Shown: positions 25,256-39,279 of the stretch, piece by piece
How positions within the stretch are numbered: the first letter of the stretch is position 1
Layout of the letters: the number at the start of each line of letters is the position of its first letter
DNA from: Podarcis liolepis
Lineage: Eukaryota
Assembly (NCBI GenBank): GCA_965112155.1
Contig: OZ218113.1
Reading direction: 5' to 3' (one strand)
DNA length: 64,000 bases
Position numbers and translations under genes: made by a program
Notes under the pieces: model-generated
Databases searched by the model: none
The model's input: the letters and a program-made list of their open reading frames with translations, nothing else
Told to the model about the DNA's origin: nothing

Positions 25256-28200
25256 TATTAGCAACTTAAGCATCACCTGCCTGTTTTGTATATTTTAATC
25301 TGCAACTGCAAGTGCATGCACTAGAAGTTATTTGTTCTTTAAACTTTAAAAGAACGTGTCGTTTTTCTAGGAGGGAAAAGAGAACTAATTAAAGAGCCAA
25401 ATGACCCAGGGCTGACTTCTGCAAAACTGCTAAATGGGAACTGGAGCTCATTTCCCCAGACTTTTGGCCTGATCCAGCTGTGGGGTTCTTCTTCGTATGT
25501 TCTTATGTCTAGCTTGGAGTGCATCCTAAACACCATTTGGCTTCAGAGGTGGCTGCCCCCAATATTCGTTCACAGCAATTGGAACTTGGAGATTTGTCCT
25601 ATATGAGAACAGAACACAGAAATTCCCCATCCGAAGCACACAATGGCATGGTGCTCAAGTCTGTGGTGCAGGTGCTCACCATGATGGCCGCCATAGCCCA
25701 CGGAGGGTCCATAAGTGCTGGCAGCTATGCTGCTCCATTTTCCCACTCCATCCATTAAAAGTAGCAGTACCACAATGCTCAGCTTATTAAACTCAGCATG
25801 ACTATGCAGATCTCAGCAGTGCTTGCTGCCAAATGCCTGGGTTTCAACATGTACAACAAACGGAAATCTGCTAAAAGATCTTCAGCCACCTAAAATGTAA
25901 ACCTTTAGGCTTTTAATTAGAAATGCAATGAATTTGCTTTAATGGACAAGTCACTGGCCACATTTAACGCTGAGGCATCTTGCAGAAGATGTTCACTTAA
26001 GCCTTGATTACAGCACAGAACAGTTAAAAGCACCAGCGGGAACAGCTGAGTATTCAGAACCGTTTTTATTGGAGGGGTGGGGCAGTGGCAGCATCTTAAC
26101 CATAGTTAAGGGTTTGCATGCACCACTAAACTATGGTTAACATGAACCGAGGTTTCTAAGCAAACTACAAAGCTTAGTTAATGAGTGACTTTTGATCACC
26201 GTCAAATAAAGCCATACTTAAACTGTTGGGCTAGATTCACACAATGCCAAACCGCAGTTTAATGTTATACGCAAACCTTAGGTTCAGGGAAGGTAAACAA
26301 AGCCAAGATAACTTTAGGATAAGACGGATAAATTTTATTCAGTTATAGCAGGAGGAGGAAATTATGCCCAAGAGAGAGAAACTCTGGCCCTCTGGATGTT
26401 GCCGTTAAGACTTCAAATCTCATCAGTCCCAGTTAACGTGGCCAATCGTGAGGGATGATGGGATTTGTAGTCCAGCAACATCTGGAGGGCGAAAGGTTCC
26501 TCATCCCCGCTGTTATAAAACAAACTTGAAAGCCTTATCATCACCTCATTCAATTGCCAGAGCTGGGAGGGGCCACCGGTTACTATGGCGCTCTGGCAGA
26601 TGATGTCAACACTTCTGCTCAGAGTGGTGGGGATTCCTAGAGCTTTGCTCACCAGTGTTCTCCCCTCTCTACTGCACCACTGTAAAAGTGTATGCAAGGA
26701 GGCAGAAATATTTCAAGACCCCAGTATCTCATTTCTCCAGTTTGAGGAGGTTTCTTCTGTCAGGAATAACTTCCATTTTCTGTCCTGGGAAGAAGGGAAT
26801 GCAGGAAGCTGCAAGAGTAATCAGACTTTATAGGCTTCTGTTTTGTTTGTAATGGTAAACTGGGACTTTAAAGAAGCAGTTTATTTTCCATAGGGGAGAA
26901 GAGAGTGCCTGTAAAGCTTGATTTTAAAAAAATATATGTGACACTGGAACCCCTGGGGAAAAAATACAGCCTGGAACAAAGGCATGAACAACTCAGCCAG
27001 AGAAACCAGGAGTGGAGTAGAGGGCCTCAGCCTCACTTCCCAAGCCACACCCCACACTGGCCCTGCTCTGCATCTTCCTTGAGTGTTTTTGCCTGGATAG
27101 AATATGTCCTGGAATTCTGCTAATGCCTCTTGCTCACCTGAGTGGGGGGCAGACAGGCACTGGTGTGTGTGTGTGGAAACTAGCCTCCTGTACAAGGGTG
27201 GCATGTGTATCTCCACCTGATTCTCCCTCTCTCCCCACCCATCACTAGCATGTGACACACACACCCCAAAAAAAAATTGCCCAGAAGGGAATTCAGTCCC
27301 CAGGCTGCAAAATGTTCCCCAGCCCTGATTTGCAGAATCAACACAGGGTGGAACCTTGCTCTGATGGGAAAAAGTGACTCATCACCAGATACAGTTACCC
27401 AGAGGCTTTGCCAAGGCAGATAGGTTTAAATGCAGCAGGGAATATTGTTATTCCTTTTGTAAATGAAGAACCTGCAGCTAGACCAGGTTTCTCTGCTGCA
27501 GCAGAAATCACCTTATCACAAAGTTTAAGTGCATTGCAAAAATGTGCTGTAAATTTATCCACTTAATTAAAAAACAAATGAACTGCAGAATTAATCTCTC
27601 TTCTTCCTACCACCCACCCTGTGGGGTTTTTTTTGGGGGGGGGGGATAACTGTGCATAATAATAATACTTGCAAAAAAACAAACAGAAAGAAAGATGTCT
27701 GGTTTCCAGGCCCTAGCCTGGATTATCTACAAACTTCCCGATTTTGTCCTCGGCAGACTAGGCAGGTCACATTGGCACTGCTAATGCAGCGATTTGACTT
27801 CACCTCCAGAGGTGCGCTCCATTGTCTCTTGAGACAGATGGATGCCAATGACAAAAAATTAAAAAATTAATTCAGCTGTTTTGAAAAGTCATGCAATAAC
27901 CATGCTTGGCCTGCAGAGGACAGCAGAGCCCACTTTTTGACTGTTGCATGAGCTCATTTCCCCTGCCTGTCATTCTCAAGAGCAACAAATTCTTCCAATT
28001 TCTAATTAAGTTACCATGACAATTATAATTGGAGGGCAAGGGGAGGAGCTTAATCAGAACATGCACACTCCTATTTCTGTGGGAGAAATGCTTTGCCCTG
28101 TGTTTTATCCATATATATGCGCCTGACACAAACAAGGGCACTGATGAGTTATTTTCCAAAATTACAAGGTTCTCCTACTCTCAGACCTTCTTCTTAGTCA

Positions 28201-30113
28201 CAGCCTCTTACCTTAAAGCCCCACCCAGGGACAGACAATCAACAAAAAAAATATTAAAAATTGCTTAAAATATATATATCAAGGGCTGCATTCCCTCTGG
28301 GATAATCTGTTAGGGGCCACATGCTAGCCATGGGTGGAGGCAGAGATGAAAGTGTTTTGGATTTAAACCAACTAAACCATTCTCACCAGAGCTAGCTACC
28401 TCAGATTAGAATGGCCAGGCCTACCCAGAAATAGGCTCTCCTGGGTTTGATGGGTTTACTCTCAAATAAGCATGCAATGGATTTTGTTTTAGTGCCAACG
28501 GACTGTTACCAGTAGTGATTGGGAATCAAAGAGAAAGCAATTCCTTTCTGATTTTCATCTAAACATCCAATATACACATGCATAAATAAAGTATACTGTA
28601 TATATTTTGTATTACACAGAAGCACTTCTTTTCCCTCAAGTCATACAACCACGAAAAAGGGGTGTTTGGGGGGGGGGAATCAAATAAAACACTGCCCATT
28701 CCAGTTCTGAAATTACACAGGAAGAGACATATGATTAAAATACAGGAAGAATAATCAAACAGGAAAGAAGTCTGATGGCAGATTGGGGTGGGGCACCTAT
28801 GCCATACACCCTTGTCCCACCAAGGGACTTATTTGGTGCTGAAGGAACTTTGTGCAAGCTCAGAGACACTTTTAAAAAGAAAACTGGGTCATCCTCCCTG
28901 CCCCACCCGCAAAAAGCCTGGGTCTTTGTGTGACTCATTTAGAAGTTAAGCTCCGCCTCTACCACTCAGCAAGAGAAAAAAAGGATATGCGTCATCAAGA
29001 ATAGAGACCAAGAAGAGTTGAGACTCCTTAACCACAAGTTCGCTTTAGGGCAAAGGGATAGGGGGGGAATTGGTCTTTCAAAATGCGCTCAGGAAACTAG
29101 TCTCAGTTGAGCAATGTACAGCCATCAATAGCAACTTGCTCTTAAAAAGATTCTGAACTTTAAAAGGACAGATTTGAAAATGTGAAGCTAACAGCAGTGC
29201 CTCTGAGCATGTGCAAGCTATCTCCTGCAAACGCTGACAGACACCTAAAACCAGGAATGGGGAACTAGTAGCCCTCCAGATGTTAATGAACTACAACTCC
29301 CATCATCCCTATCCATCGGCCATGTCAGCAGGGAGGCTGATGGGAAGGCTGCCTTGGCTTCACCACCCCCGGTCTAAAAAATGAACACTTGATGGCAGAT
29401 ATTTAACACACTCTCACAAATTATGAATAATCCCAGTTACCAGCAGCTATAAAAGCAACAAAATACCACACACACACCCCGGTCATTTCTGTCCTTAAAC
29501 ATTGTACAAATTGCAAGCACTTAGAAACCAGTGCTGCCAGATTAGGACAAAGACCCGGCATCCTGTCACAGTGGCCAAACAAATGCCTTTGGGAAGCGTG
29601 CAAGAGGCAGGCAAACTCCCAGGCTTCAGTGCCAGAGAGGTAGAAAACAGCCTCGCCGTGAAATTTGCTTTAAAATGAAAGTAAAAGAAACCACGGTCGA
29701 GAGGTGGTGCCATCAAGGTGGGACTCTGGGCCTCCCTCAGAGAAGCTCCACAGGCAGCGACGTTTGAAGGAAGTGACGCAAGCCACATCCCCAGCTAATA
29801 AAAGGGTGGAAAGGCCATTACATCCAGCCTCTAATAATCATTGCGCCACGGAGGTGTGACGCTGAGTGCCGGGCTAAGACGGCTCCGGACAGCCTTGGGC
29901 CCAACACACTTTCAGACCAGCCACATTCCTCATGGGCCTGCTGTGGAGATGAAGGACAGGATTGCTGTGGAACGCCAGGAAACTGTTACAGAACTGGACC
30001 ACTGGTTCCTCCAGCTCAGTGGTCCAGCAGCCGTTCCGCAGGGGTTCAGGGGGACAACAATGTCCACCCCTACTTGGAAATGCCAGGAATCAAACCTGGA
30101 GCTTGGTGTAGGC

Positions 30114-30355
30114 CATGGGTCAGCAAACTTTTTCAGCAGAGGGCCAGTCCACCGCCCCTCAGACCTTGTGGGGGGCCAGACTATATTTTTTTGGGGGGGG
30201 GGGAATAAAACAAATTCCTATGCGTCACAAATAACCCAGAGATGCATTTTAAATAAAAGGGCACATTCTACACCGGTTCCCGGACCATCTGCGGCCCAGA
30301 TTTAGAAGGCGATTGGGCCGGATCCAGCCCCCGGGGCTTGGTTTGCCTACCCATG
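30114..30355. mobile_element. hAT MITE nested in a SINE-like repeat
   Basis: TIR CATGGGT..GCAAAC; perfect TSD GTGTAGGC. Confidence 0.85.
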
Positions 30356-32251
30356 GTGTAGGCCAAGGGGTGCTCTACCACTGAGTTACAGCCTTTCCGC
30401 AGCATTTGAGCAGGAGGCAAAGGAGAATCTAGCACCCGTTCCCCCACGAAGCTTGGGTGTTGCGCTGCCTTTCTGAACCGAGCCCCAAACCTCTTTTGGC
30501 TGACGCCCAGCTGGGAAGGAGAGACTGAGCAGTGCCAGTATGACTCAGCTTCAGGGATGCTGGAGGCACAGGAGATGGCAGTGAAAGCTGCGAACCCCAC
30601 CCAGGACTTTGGTCTGCCTTGGCCGACAGCAGGTAACTGGGCCAGCCACACCCCAAGGAGAGAGATCTAAGCAGGCAGCTAGGCAGCTGAGCCCGCACTG
30701 GAGGCAGGGGCTGGAGGCAGCTCTTCCAGGAGTCTCAATTACTACAATGTGCAGAGGGCTTAGGTGGGCACAGAATCCTGCCTCTTAGTGGGATTGGTGC
30801 TCTCAAGTGCATACTGCACTAGCCCCAGGCAGGGGCTGATGGGAGTTGTAGTCCAAAACATCTGGAAGGTATCAGGTTAGGAGAGGCTGCCTTCAAGAGC
30901 CAGCAATGGAATTTATATAGAGAGTTGGAAGTGACTACAAGCATCATCTAGTCCAACCCCCCGTAATGCAAGAATCTTTTGCCCAACAAAGGACTCGAAC
31001 CCATGACCCTAAGTCTCATGCTCTACCAATCAAAAAGAACAAAAAACTTCAGCCTGGGGCCAAGTCACAATTTTAGGCAATCCGCTTCTTACAAATCTGA
31101 TTACCCCCAGGAGTTGAAAGGGATCCAAAAGGTCATGGAGCACAACTGGTTGACAACGGAGGCGATCTGCTCCTAGTGTCTGTAGCAGGTGAATATGCAG
31201 ACTCTGCTTAAAAACACTGTAAGCAAACAGGCCATCTCCCGATGCAATTCCCCCTCCCCACAAATAACTACGTAATACCCTCTGCAAGTTCTTCCCCAAG
31301 TTTAGGCAAAATCCCTTCTCGTAACTTGGGTTTGGGGCCTATATAATTCACTTTCCTCTGTGAAGTGTCAATAGCACCTTCCTGATGTTACCATTTCTGC
31401 ATCAGACTTAATGCAGCAAAAGAAAAGCACAAAGCTCGTCCAGTGTGCTTTCACCACACCCTATGGACGGACCAAAGTCCAAGCACCAGACTATTTTAAA
31501 AGCCTTCTATGATAGGCCTGTGTTATAAATGAGGAAGTGCCTGTTTTCTATTCAGCTTGTGATATATGTATGTACACACACACACATGAATACTTCCAGC
31601 AGGCAAGAAGTTCTGTGAAACGTGAAAGAGCATATTTTGAAGGTTACAAAGAGGAGGTTTAACTACTGAAAGTTTCCCCAGCAGTGCTTGGTAAGCTATT
31701 AACTTTTTAAGCCAGCAGTGAGCAAGTCACAAGGAGAGGCGAACATTTCCTCCATTAAATTTTCTCCATTTCCTCAGGAGAGACTTTGGAGGGAAAGGCG
31801 ATGTTCCATCCATTCTGCTTTAGGAGTCTTAGATGAGACAGAACCTTTAAGTGTTTGTTCTAGATTCATGATCATCGGGTTTTATTTAATATGAAACCCA
31901 AGTTTCTAGCTCTTGTGGCTAGAGAGATGGGGCAGAAATCATGTGGGCATCACCTGGTTAATGCTGGAAGCAAACAGGTGGATGAAGGTTTCTAGTACCG
32001 ATGGAGGAAAAGGAGGGGGGATTCTGTCTGACCTCTGGGCAGAGGTAGAATTTTGTCAGAACAACAAGCAGATTTAGTGACCTGGCGCAACTCACAGGTT
32101 GAATGGGTTGCTTTTCTTGGCAGAGAATTAGGAAAGTTTTAACACCAAGTACACACAGCCCTGTGCTTAACCCCCAAGGCTCAGGTTGAGTGAGAAAGAA
32201 AGGGGGGGGGGGAGAGACAGACACACGCAAGAGGTAGCATTATTTAATTTT

Positions 32252-32257
32252 TTTATT
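32252..32257 (-). other. CFL1: CFL1 polyadenylation signal AATAAA (adjacent ATTAAA)
   Basis: Plus-strand tttatt about 760 bp past the stop codon. Confidence 0.7.
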
Positions 32258-33016
32258 GAAGATCATTGGTGCTGCTTCCATATTTTGTTAATTCCACCCC
32301 CAACATTGAGATGGGTGCAACTTTCTCCACAATATCTCATTTATACACAGTACTACGGACAAGCACAAAGCCACTATGGCGGTAAAGAGGGAGGGGTTGT
32401 GGGTCACTGGGAGGGGGGGGCCGGGAACACAGCTGCCATTCCACATTTGTTTTCCAAAAACACACATACAGAGACCAAAAAAAGAAAAAAAAATTACACA
32501 CTGGGAATGATGGACTAATTTTGGAATGAGGGGCCATGGAGACCCCTGCCTTTAGGTGCCCCCTTCCTTTTGCCCTCCCTCCCACACCATTTTCAAGCCT
32601 TGGCCAGGAGTGGAATCCTGCTTGAGAGTGGTCCCAAAGCTGGAATGGAGGAAACCAATGGTCCCATGGGGTGAAGGAAGCAGCCAAGAAGTGGGGCCTC
32701 AAGGAATGCCACCTTAAGAGTCTAGGCTTGGAGAGGGGGAGGAAGGATAGAGGAAGGTTTGGGGGGCCGGGGAAGAGGGAGAAGGAGTTGTAGCTGGTTT
32801 GGCAAGTTTTAACAGCAGCCGCAAGGTTGGGCTGCAGCTGCTTTCATGAGAAGGGAGCACCAGAGGGGGTAAAAAGGTGAGAAGGCAGAAAACCGGAACC
32901 TAACTAAAACGGAGAACCCACCCCACGTCCCACCCACCGAACCCCCAAAAAATGATAGCACAGGGCCAATAATATGGAAGCTCCGAAGACGCTGGCACAA
33001 CGGGGGAGGGGGTGGC

Positions 33017-33129
33017 TCACAAGGGCTTGCCCTCCAAGCTGATGACGGCACTGCCGCCCAATTTCTCCGCAAGGGTGCAGCGATCCTTGACTTCCTCGTA
33101 GCAGTTTGCTTGCAACTCGTGCTTGATCC
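33017..33129 (-). CDS. CFL1: Cofilin-1 exon 4 coding part (113 bp, ends TGA)
   Basis: Encodes [37 protein letters not shown], diagnostic of CFL1 rather than CFL2 or DSTN. Exons total 501 bp = 166 aa. Confidence 0.97.
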
Positions 33130-34525
33130 CTGCAAGGAAAGAGGTGGGGACATGAGTGGCTCTTGCAGACCTCCATCATGTATTCCTGCCCAGTCAACAG
33201 GCCGATCCCCAGATCAAACAGCAACCCCTTCCCCACTAGCAGCTACTAGAGATAGAACAAAGGCTGAAGAACAATGCCTCCCCCACACCCACACATCTGT
33301 TATCCACCCCTTTAATCCCAATCTCTGTATTTGGTCCACCACCACAGCTCCCCAGTCTCAACAACTCACCACCTCTGCAATTTGTAGCAGGCACAAATTG
33401 CACTGGCAATTTGCACAGCCAAAGTCACTGTCAGGTGGCAGCTGGAAAAAGCTCTCAAGAACAGCCTCCACCAATGGTACCCTCCAGAAGATCGTGGACT
33501 ATAGTCCCCGGCAAGCTGGGGCTGGTGAGAGCTGCAATCCTGAAACATCTGTGGGACGTCAGGCTAGCGAAGGCTGCCCAAGAAACTTATGAAGAGATGG
33601 GACTTCTTTGTCTCAACGCTCCATTTGTAGCATCTGAAAAGTCATTCAGCCTGCTTAGCTGCTATTCAGATGCAGGGAGGGGGGTCAGATTGGGGAGAGC
33701 GGTCAAGTCAATTTCAGGTGGGGAGAAGTGTGGGCCGGTACAAAGTTGGGAGACAGTTGTGGGAATTAGCATGCTGTTTTCAGACAATGAGAGTGAAGGT
33801 GAATGAGAAGGCAACATAGAAGGGACCAAAAGTAGGGTTTCAGCCCAATCAACTGTTTATTCAGGAAGCAAAGGCAGCCCTGGTTGGGGAAGTTTTTAAT
33901 GTTTACTGCTGTATCAAGTTTTTAATATTTGGTTGGGAGTCGCTCAGAGTGGCTGGGGAAACCCAGCCAGATGGGCGGGGTATAAATAATAAATTACTAT
34001 TAAATTAATATTTCACCACTACATTGTTAACAGCCATTTTAAGGGCATTTCAAAGATGCATAGCGCTGAATCAATGTCTAAATCTGTCCCATTGATTTCA
34101 ACATTGCCAACTTAATTCTGGATTCAACCCACAATGATATAACTGAAACATTGCTGGGGAGGCTCAAACCTCTAAATGAAGGGTGGTACCTGTTCCTGGA
34201 CAACTGCCAGCACACCTGCCTATGCTGGCTGGGGCTAATAGCAGTCCAGCAACATAGTGTGAGGGCCATAGCCTGGCCATCCCTGCTCTATGAGCCTCTG
34301 AGCACAGCACTACCAAGCCTTAAACTTTGGTCCCTACCATTTGCCACTTCTGATCAAGTGAAGGCCTTCTTTCCATTTTGGGAGAGGGGGGAGCCTTATT
34401 GCAGATGGGACCATGGCACAGGAAAGCAGAGGCCAGTGTCAACTTGATTCTCACAAGGTCAGTTTCTGCCCCTCCAAGATGGTTGCAGAGAGGCAATCAC
34501 AAGAGAAAAGCGTCTTACAAAATTA

Positions 34526-34896
34526 CCATATATAGTCGAGTATAAGCCGAGGCAACTAATTCTACCACAAAAAACTGGGAAAACTTATTGGAGTACAAGC
34601 CGGTTCACCACACCACAAACCTCCTGGTGGGCCGGAGTGAGTGTGTGTGCATGCGTGCATATGGCAGAGGGGGCTTCTCTCTCCCCCCCAGCCCCTCCCG
34701 TCCCCCTGCCTACTTCAAGGCCAATGGTAGCAGCGGCGGAGGAAGAACAAGTAGCCCAAAAGGGCTGCTTTCGGGCTGCTTGTTCCTCCGCCGCCAACAG
34801 CAGCAAAGGGAACCCTCACTCAAGTGTAAGCCGAGGGGGGCTTTTTCAGCATAAAAAATGTTCTGAAAAAGTCAGCTTATACACAAGTATATACAA
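34526..34896. mobile_element. Tc2/pogo-like MITE in CFL1 intron 3
   Basis: TA|CCATATATAGTCGAGTATAAGC...GCTTATACACAAGTATATACAA|TA (decayed TIRs). Confidence 0.75.
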
Positions 34897-35092
34897 TAAT
34901 CACTACACAGACAGTAATTACAGTGGCACTGACTGGCAGCTCTCCAGTATTTCAGACACAGCTCCCCTCCAGCGTGGGGCCATCTGCATAAGAGGCCTGT
35001 GCTCTACTGCTGAGCTCCAGCCCTTCCCCCAGCAGACCAGTCCCCAACTCCTATCCCCCTGCTGTGAAACAGGCAACCGCACCAGTTCTCAC

Positions 35093-35169
35093 CTGTTAAT
35101 TTTTTCTTGATGGCATCCTTAGAACTGGCATAGATCATCTTGCTCTTCAGGGGGGCACACTCAGGCGCC
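35093..35169 (-). CDS. CFL1: Cofilin-1 exon 3 (77 bp)
   Basis: CAG|GGCGCCTGAG...TTAACAG|GTGAG; encodes APECAPLKSKMIYASSKDAIKKKLT. Confidence 0.97.
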
Positions 35170-36438
35170 CTGCGGGGAGACAAAACAGCAACCTCAACAT
35201 CAGGAGCGTGACCAGCCCCAATTCCCATGGGAATAACAAATATATATTCTCCCTTCTTAGTCTGAACAGGGTGAAAACAGCTCAAGGAGCGGACAAGGAT
35301 AGAGGAGGGAAGATGCCTAAGGGTATAGCAGCTGCCACGTCATCCATATGCCTAATGGAGTCACTTCCTCAAACGGAATCCTGGGACAAAGACATTTCCC
35401 CCCTCACCTGCTGGAACAGAGGGTGGGGGAACTTGTGGTCCTCCAGATGTTGTTGGACTGCCTTCAGTCTCAGCCAGCATGGCCAATGGTGAGTTGAGCC
35501 CAGGAACGTCATGAGGGCCCAGGTTTCCCCAGTTCTGTGCTACAGATTCCATGACCTACAGCCTTTTAAATTGAAGACTACAACAGGACAGCCCAAATTT
35601 CCTTACACACTGTGTAGGGCAACAATTGCCTCTCATTCCTGAGTTGTGTATACCGCCCCCCTTACCTGAGATATACAGGGTGTTTAAAATGGTTGTGCTG
35701 TTGCCGTGCCACAATTTGATATTGGCACAAACTGAACTGCTTGGCAAGGGATTTCTATTCTCCGCATCCCAGGTATATGGGAGGCGGGTGCATACATGTG
35801 GAGGGATGCTTCCCTAAAAGGACTTTAACCCCATGTTATCATGGCAACAGTGCCAGGAAGCACTGAAGGTGCCTGAGGCAGCGAACTCCCCCTATCCCTA
35901 GGACTTCCAGGCAAGCCACATCAAAGCAGCTCTGCCCCCATTGTCAACTCTGAAAAGAACTAAGGTGCCCGGAGTGAAATCCTCGAGTTCTGCCATGAAA
36001 ATCCTAGAGCCCTCAGCCAAGCTCAGTCACTTGCTATCTTCTCCAGCGGGTTGCTGTCAACTCTTTCCAAGGCATCAACAGCCTTTGGTTTGACACCCGG
36101 GAAGAAGAGTGGCAAGACAGGTCCTGAATAAGCCTTTTCATGAGATCTGGAAGCAAGGCTAGACTGGGGGAGGGGGATGGCTGGAGCAGATAGAATCCGT
36201 GTCCAGCTCAGAAAAAGTAGCCAGGGAAGTAGCCTCCGACAAAGGGTTCCAAACACACCAGACCCTCTGCTCTGATTGCATTTGCTTGGTAGCATTTTTT
36301 TGGCCAAAAGAACTACTCTTCAACATGATTCCGTGAGTACGGGAAGGGGGGGAGCCTGGGGGCAGGGGATATGGGGTGGCCTGGCAGTAGCCCCAGAGTA
36401 GGCTTTAGTTTGTTTTGTTTTTAGGAAGGAGTCCTCAC

Positions 36439-36746
36439 CAGAAGATGAAGACAAGGTCCTCCTTTTTGCTTTCCTTTGTCTCATAGGTGGCATCGTAAAG
36501 GGCATAGCGGCAGTCACAGTCCGGCAGCATCTTGACGAAGTAGAGGTAAGGGTCATCAATGGTGTCCCCCACATCCCCCACCAGGATCTCCTTCCCCTCT
36601 TCCAGGATGATGTTCTTCTTATCTTCGCTCAAGCAGAAGAGCACAGCTTTCTTGCGCTTCTTCACCTCTTCTGGGGTGGATGCTTTGCGCACCTTCATGT
36701 CATTGAAGACCTTGATAACTCCATCGGAGACGGCTACGCCAGATGC
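36439..36746 (-). CDS. CFL1: Cofilin-1 exon 2 (308 bp)
   Basis: CAG|GCATCTGGC...TTCTG|GTGAG; encodes [21 protein letters not shown]...[10 protein letters not shown]. Confidence 0.97.
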
Positions 36747-37861
36747 CTGCCCAGGGAGGGAGGGAGGGAGAAAGAAGGGAAAGGAGTCAGCCAATAGCCA
36801 CACCAAAGCCTCCACATGTGGGAGAGAGAATAAGATGCACTCCCTCCCACTTTCACAGTACTGGATCTCTGGGTTATCCAATGAACCAGATGGCAGGAGA
36901 ATCAGGACGGATAAAGAAAATACTTATTCGTGTGGTGCATAATTCATTTACAGAATTCGCTGCCACTTGATGTGGTGATGTGCACTAGCCCAGATGGCTT
37001 TGAAAGGGATTAGACAAGATTACTAGCTTCCCACACATGATGACTATGTGGACCCGCCCATGTTCAGAGGTGCAACTGTGCCTGAATATCAGTCACTGGA
37101 GAGAAACACCAGGTTGCCCTCATGGCCTGCTTAACTGTGGAAAAACAGGATGCTGGGCTGACTGGGCCTTTGGTCTGATCCATAGAATCACAGATTTGGA
37201 AGGGACCCTGAGGACCATATAGTCTAACCCTCTGCAATGCAGGAATATGCTGGTGTCCCATACGGTGTCTGAACCCTGCAACCTTGGCGTTATCAGTTCG
37301 ATGATCTAACAAACTAAGCTATTCAGAATGACATCCAGGCTGATCCAGAAGAACTTACATTTACCCATGCAAATTAGCAAAGGCTCAAAAATGGATCCGC
37401 AAACTCACTTGCCATAAGAATCCTTTCAAACTCTGTAAAGCATGAGCCATCACTGATTCCCCCCCCCCCTTCTGAGTGCTTCGGAAGTAGAGCATGACAC
37501 AGACCAGCCCCCACCCTCTTCCTGAGCTCAGAACTGGGGAGCAGAGATTTTCTCCCTGATCTTGCACTGCAGAGGCAACTTCAAAGCACATGTGCAATGG
37601 AGATAAGCCTCAAACTCTCCATCCCTACAGGAAATGAAGAGGAAAAGGTTTAAGGCAACCACAAATTTTGGCCGGCTACTGAGCCCAGGCAGTTATGGAC
37701 AAGATTCCAGAGCCTAAACCTAGATGCCTTTCCCTATCCTGGTCAGAGCAGGTTCTGTGAAGAAACTTACTCCCACAGAGTCATCTGGAGTTAAGCCACA
37801 TAAAACTTTTTTTTTTTAACAAGGACTTCTTCAAATGACTAGACAGTGAATTTGGGGCAGA

Positions 37862-37894
<33 letters not shown>

Positions 37895-39279
37895 AAGGGG
37901 CCCATCCAATTGACCTTTTAAACAGAGTCAGAAATTCCCATCACTAAAATGAAGAGATAGAAGGAAATGGATTCAGGTTAAGGTTAGGATGATGATGGAA
38001 GGCAGGATGGGGAGTGGCATATACGGGCAATTTAACAGCCAGAATTGGAAATAAACTAACTAGGGAGTGTTTTTTTTAAAGAAAAATCTCCTAGGTTCCA
38101 TGCCTGCCCCCAGGAGAGGCCAGGAGCAGAGATGCCGGGAATCTGGCACTAGCTTTCTGGGGTGGGAAAAGCACAGAATGCAAGAGCAGAGACAGCAGGT
38201 GCCCCAAAGCCGCCAGTCTGGAGGGAGGTGCTTGGCCTCCTGCCTCCAGCACCAGAAAAGGAAGTAGACTTGTGTCGCAGGGGATGGGGGGGAGGAGGGG
38301 GGAAGAGGAGAGAAGGTTAAGTGGCAGCATTCAGGAGATGCGTGCTCAGGACTGTGGTTTTTCTTAAGAGAGGGAGAGATCTATTGTCACCAGCAGAAGC
38401 TGGGAAACCACAAGGGATCTCTTAGGAGGGGTGCAAATCCCGGGCAAGGGAAGCAGCCTGTCCAGTTCAGAGTTTGGGTAGTGAAAAAGGGGGTGCGTTT
38501 TTACAACCGGCAATAGAGAGCAATTTTGGCAAGGGGGAGGGGAGGAGAAAAGGGTGAGAGTATCAAGAGCCCAGGAATTTCTCGCCAGCACTATTAAGGA
38601 GTCTCTTGGCAGGCCAGCTCTTCGCTGCAGGAAGGATATAAACCTCAAGCCTGAGAGTGTCATTTGATAGACATTTTAGGAGAGGTGCCACATTCAGCCA
38701 GCATTTAGAACCTGCTCTTTGGAGAGGGAGCAAATAGTTTTATCCAGGCCTTTTGAGTGGGGTGGGGGATAAAACTGCTGCAATGCCACAGCCACGTGAA
38801 AGTCTTGACTCCCCCCTCCCCGCGCCGGGACTTACACACAATAGGCTGCTCTATATATCCCTCTTCCCTTTCAACCTGCATCTCCGTAGAGAGAAGCTGC
38901 TGTTGAAAAGGGAGGGAGAGAGGAAGAGCGGGAGGGACGGAGGCGGCAGGGAAAGAACAGAGGTCCGGGAAAGGAAGAGGGCAGCGAGTTCCCTCTGCGC
39001 AAGTCTTTCAAATTAAGTCATTTTAAGAAGCAAGAAAGGGCAATGAAGGTTCGGAAGGCATTTGCACACCCCACACTTATGGGGGTCCTGGGTTCTACCC
39101 TCTCTCATCCAGCTCTACAAAATGGGGGGGGGGGGGTGTAAAAGGAAAAAAAGAAGATTCCATCCAGCATCATACCCCGTCAGAAGGGTGATATATAGGT
39201 CGGGTGTGGTGGGGGGAGGGGGAGGAGATTGGGAGGATGAGGGGCTTCCCTTCCCCCTCCCACTACAGAAAATAGCTCC

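Noticed and set aside
36747-36881. N-terminal extension MDNPEIQY... of the cofilin ORF
   Set aside because: Intron 1 read-through; a polypyrimidine tract and CAG acceptor precede 36746.
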